A DNA stretch of 64,000 bases from NCBI GenBank assembly GCA_963796455.1, contig CAWCLO010000007.1, positions 32,001-96,000 of the forward strand. The letters are read 5' to 3'. Source of the stretch: Candidatus Sulfomarinibacteraceae bacterium (GTDB lineage Bacteria; Acidobacteriota; Thermoanaerobaculia; Thermoanaerobaculales; Sulfomarinibacteraceae). Positions 62,956 to 64,000 of the stretch are shown in pieces; position 1 is the first letter of the stretch, and each line of letters begins with the position of its first letter. Below the pieces are notes generated by a model. The model saw nothing but the letters and a program-made list of their open reading frames with translations. It ran no database searches and was not told the DNA's origin. The translations under genes and the position numbers were made by a program.

Positions 62956-63912
62956 TCAAAATAGTCCAACCCCCCACAAATCGTGCACGTGAAGCACCCC
63001 TTTCACCGGGGCCTCGCCATCACAGACCATGAGGGAGGTGATGCGTTTTTCTTCGAGCAGCTTGAGGGCTGCCGTCGCCAACTCACCCGGAGGGATACAC
63101 ACCCCGCCGCGATGCATCACCTCACCGGCCGTCCGCGCCATCGGGTTCTCGTCACGCTCCATCAAGCGCCGGAGGTCACCATCCGTGACGATCCCGAGCA
63201 ACCGCCCCTCGTCATCTTGGACCGTGGTCAGACCGAGACCCTTGCGGCTCATCTCGTAGATCACGTCCTTCATGGTGGTGCCTTCAGCTACGCGCGGAAT
63301 ATCGTCGCCTGAATGCATCAGGTCTGCGACCGTGAGGAATTTTTTCCCCAATTTGCCACCGGGATGCAGACGGGCAAAATCTTCTTCTTTGAAGCCCTTT
63401 GTGACCGATACCGCCATCGCCAACGCATCGCCGAGCGCGAGACTGGCGGTGGTGGAGGCGGTCGGCGCAAGATTCATCGGACATGCTTCGCGCCGCACCC
63501 CCACATCGAGGTGGAGATCGGCGGCGGTGGCCAGCGCGGAACCGGGGCTCGAGGTCACGGTGATGAGCGAGACTCCAATACGACGCAGAACGGCCAACAA
63601 ATTGAGGATCTCCTCGGTGGTACCCGAGTTGGAAACCGCCACAACCAGATCTTCTTCGGTCACCATCCCGAGATCGCCGTGAATTGCCTCCGCCGGGTGC
63701 ATGAAGAGCGCCGGGGTCCCGGTCGATCGCATCGTGGCCGCGATCTTGCGGCAGATGATCCCCGACTTGCCCATCCCGGTCCAGATGACGCGGCCCCGGC
63801 ACTCGGTGATCATCTCCACCGCCCGGTCGAATTCTTCGCCCAGGCTCTCCATCAGGTTTCTGATGGCGTTGGCCTCGGTCTCGAGCACCTGGCGGGCGAC
63901 ATCCCGGTTCAC
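62956..63912 (-). CDS. kdsD: Arabinose 5-phosphate isomerase (KpsF/GutQ family, SIS plus CBS domains)
   Basis: GMGKSG, HPAEAIHGDLG, APTASTT, HPGGKLG, TDGDLRR; GTG 63912 overlaps the upstream stop (63918 also possible). Confidence 0.93.
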   Translation of the reverse strand: MNRDVARQVLETEANAIRNLMESLGEEFDRAVEMITECRGRVIWTGMGKSGIICRKIAATMRSTGTPALFMHPAEAIHGDLGMVTEEDLVVAVSNSGTTEEILNLLAVLRRIGVSLITVTSSPGSALATAADLHLDVGVRREACPMNLAPTASTTASLALGDALAMAVSVTKGFKEEDFARLHPGGKLGKKFLTVADLMHSGDDIPRVAEGTTMKDVIYEMSRKGLGLTTVQDDEGRLLGIVTDGDLRRLMERDENPMARTAGEVMHRGGVCIPPGELATAALKLLEEKRITSLMVCDGEAPVKGVLHVHDLWGVGLF

Positions 63913-64000
63913 CGGCACACCTCACGGACGGTGTAGGACACCGCCTCGAGCTGGCCGATCAATCGGTCGAATTCGGCGAAGGAGAGCTGGGTCGTGGCAT
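63909..64000 (-). CDS. 3' end of an upstream gene, possibly KDO8P synthase
   Basis: ...ATTQLSFAEFDRLIGQLEAVSYTVREVCR*; GTGA overlap with kdsD. The identity is a guess from context. Confidence 0.5.
   Translation of the reverse strand, partial: ATTQLSFAEFDRLIGQLEAVSYTVREVCR

Overview
A GC-rich (about 60%) bacterial chromosomal window, mostly housekeeping genes: purF, pcm, ftcD, gmd, guaB, secA, pgsA, hpt, dnaK-hspR-sigma factor, fadN/fadA, kdsD. Gene content suggests a diderm organism, possibly Acidobacteriota (Thermoanaerobaculia-like); that assignment is inference only. I see no rRNA, tRNA, CRISPR array, transposase, integrase or reverse transcriptase. The unusual signal is intergenic. An ~780-bp unit (638-1417) carries a four-helix-bundle (23S-IVP/Avd-like) gene between complementary hexamer-repeat arms, and a ~140-nt hairpin covers its ribosome-binding site. 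Four internally deleted relatives of this unit lie at ~2.7, 8.3, 32.9 and 35.4 kb; all keep a 40-nt core antisense to the gene's RBS. Many other spacers are built from 6-9-mer tandem repeats, often as inverted and nested arms. Candidate regulatory sites include a HAIR box on the dnaK promoter, a Bacillus-FadR-type box on the fad promoter, a sigma54 promoter and an ECF promoter. All product calls come from motif recognition by eye; no database searches were run.
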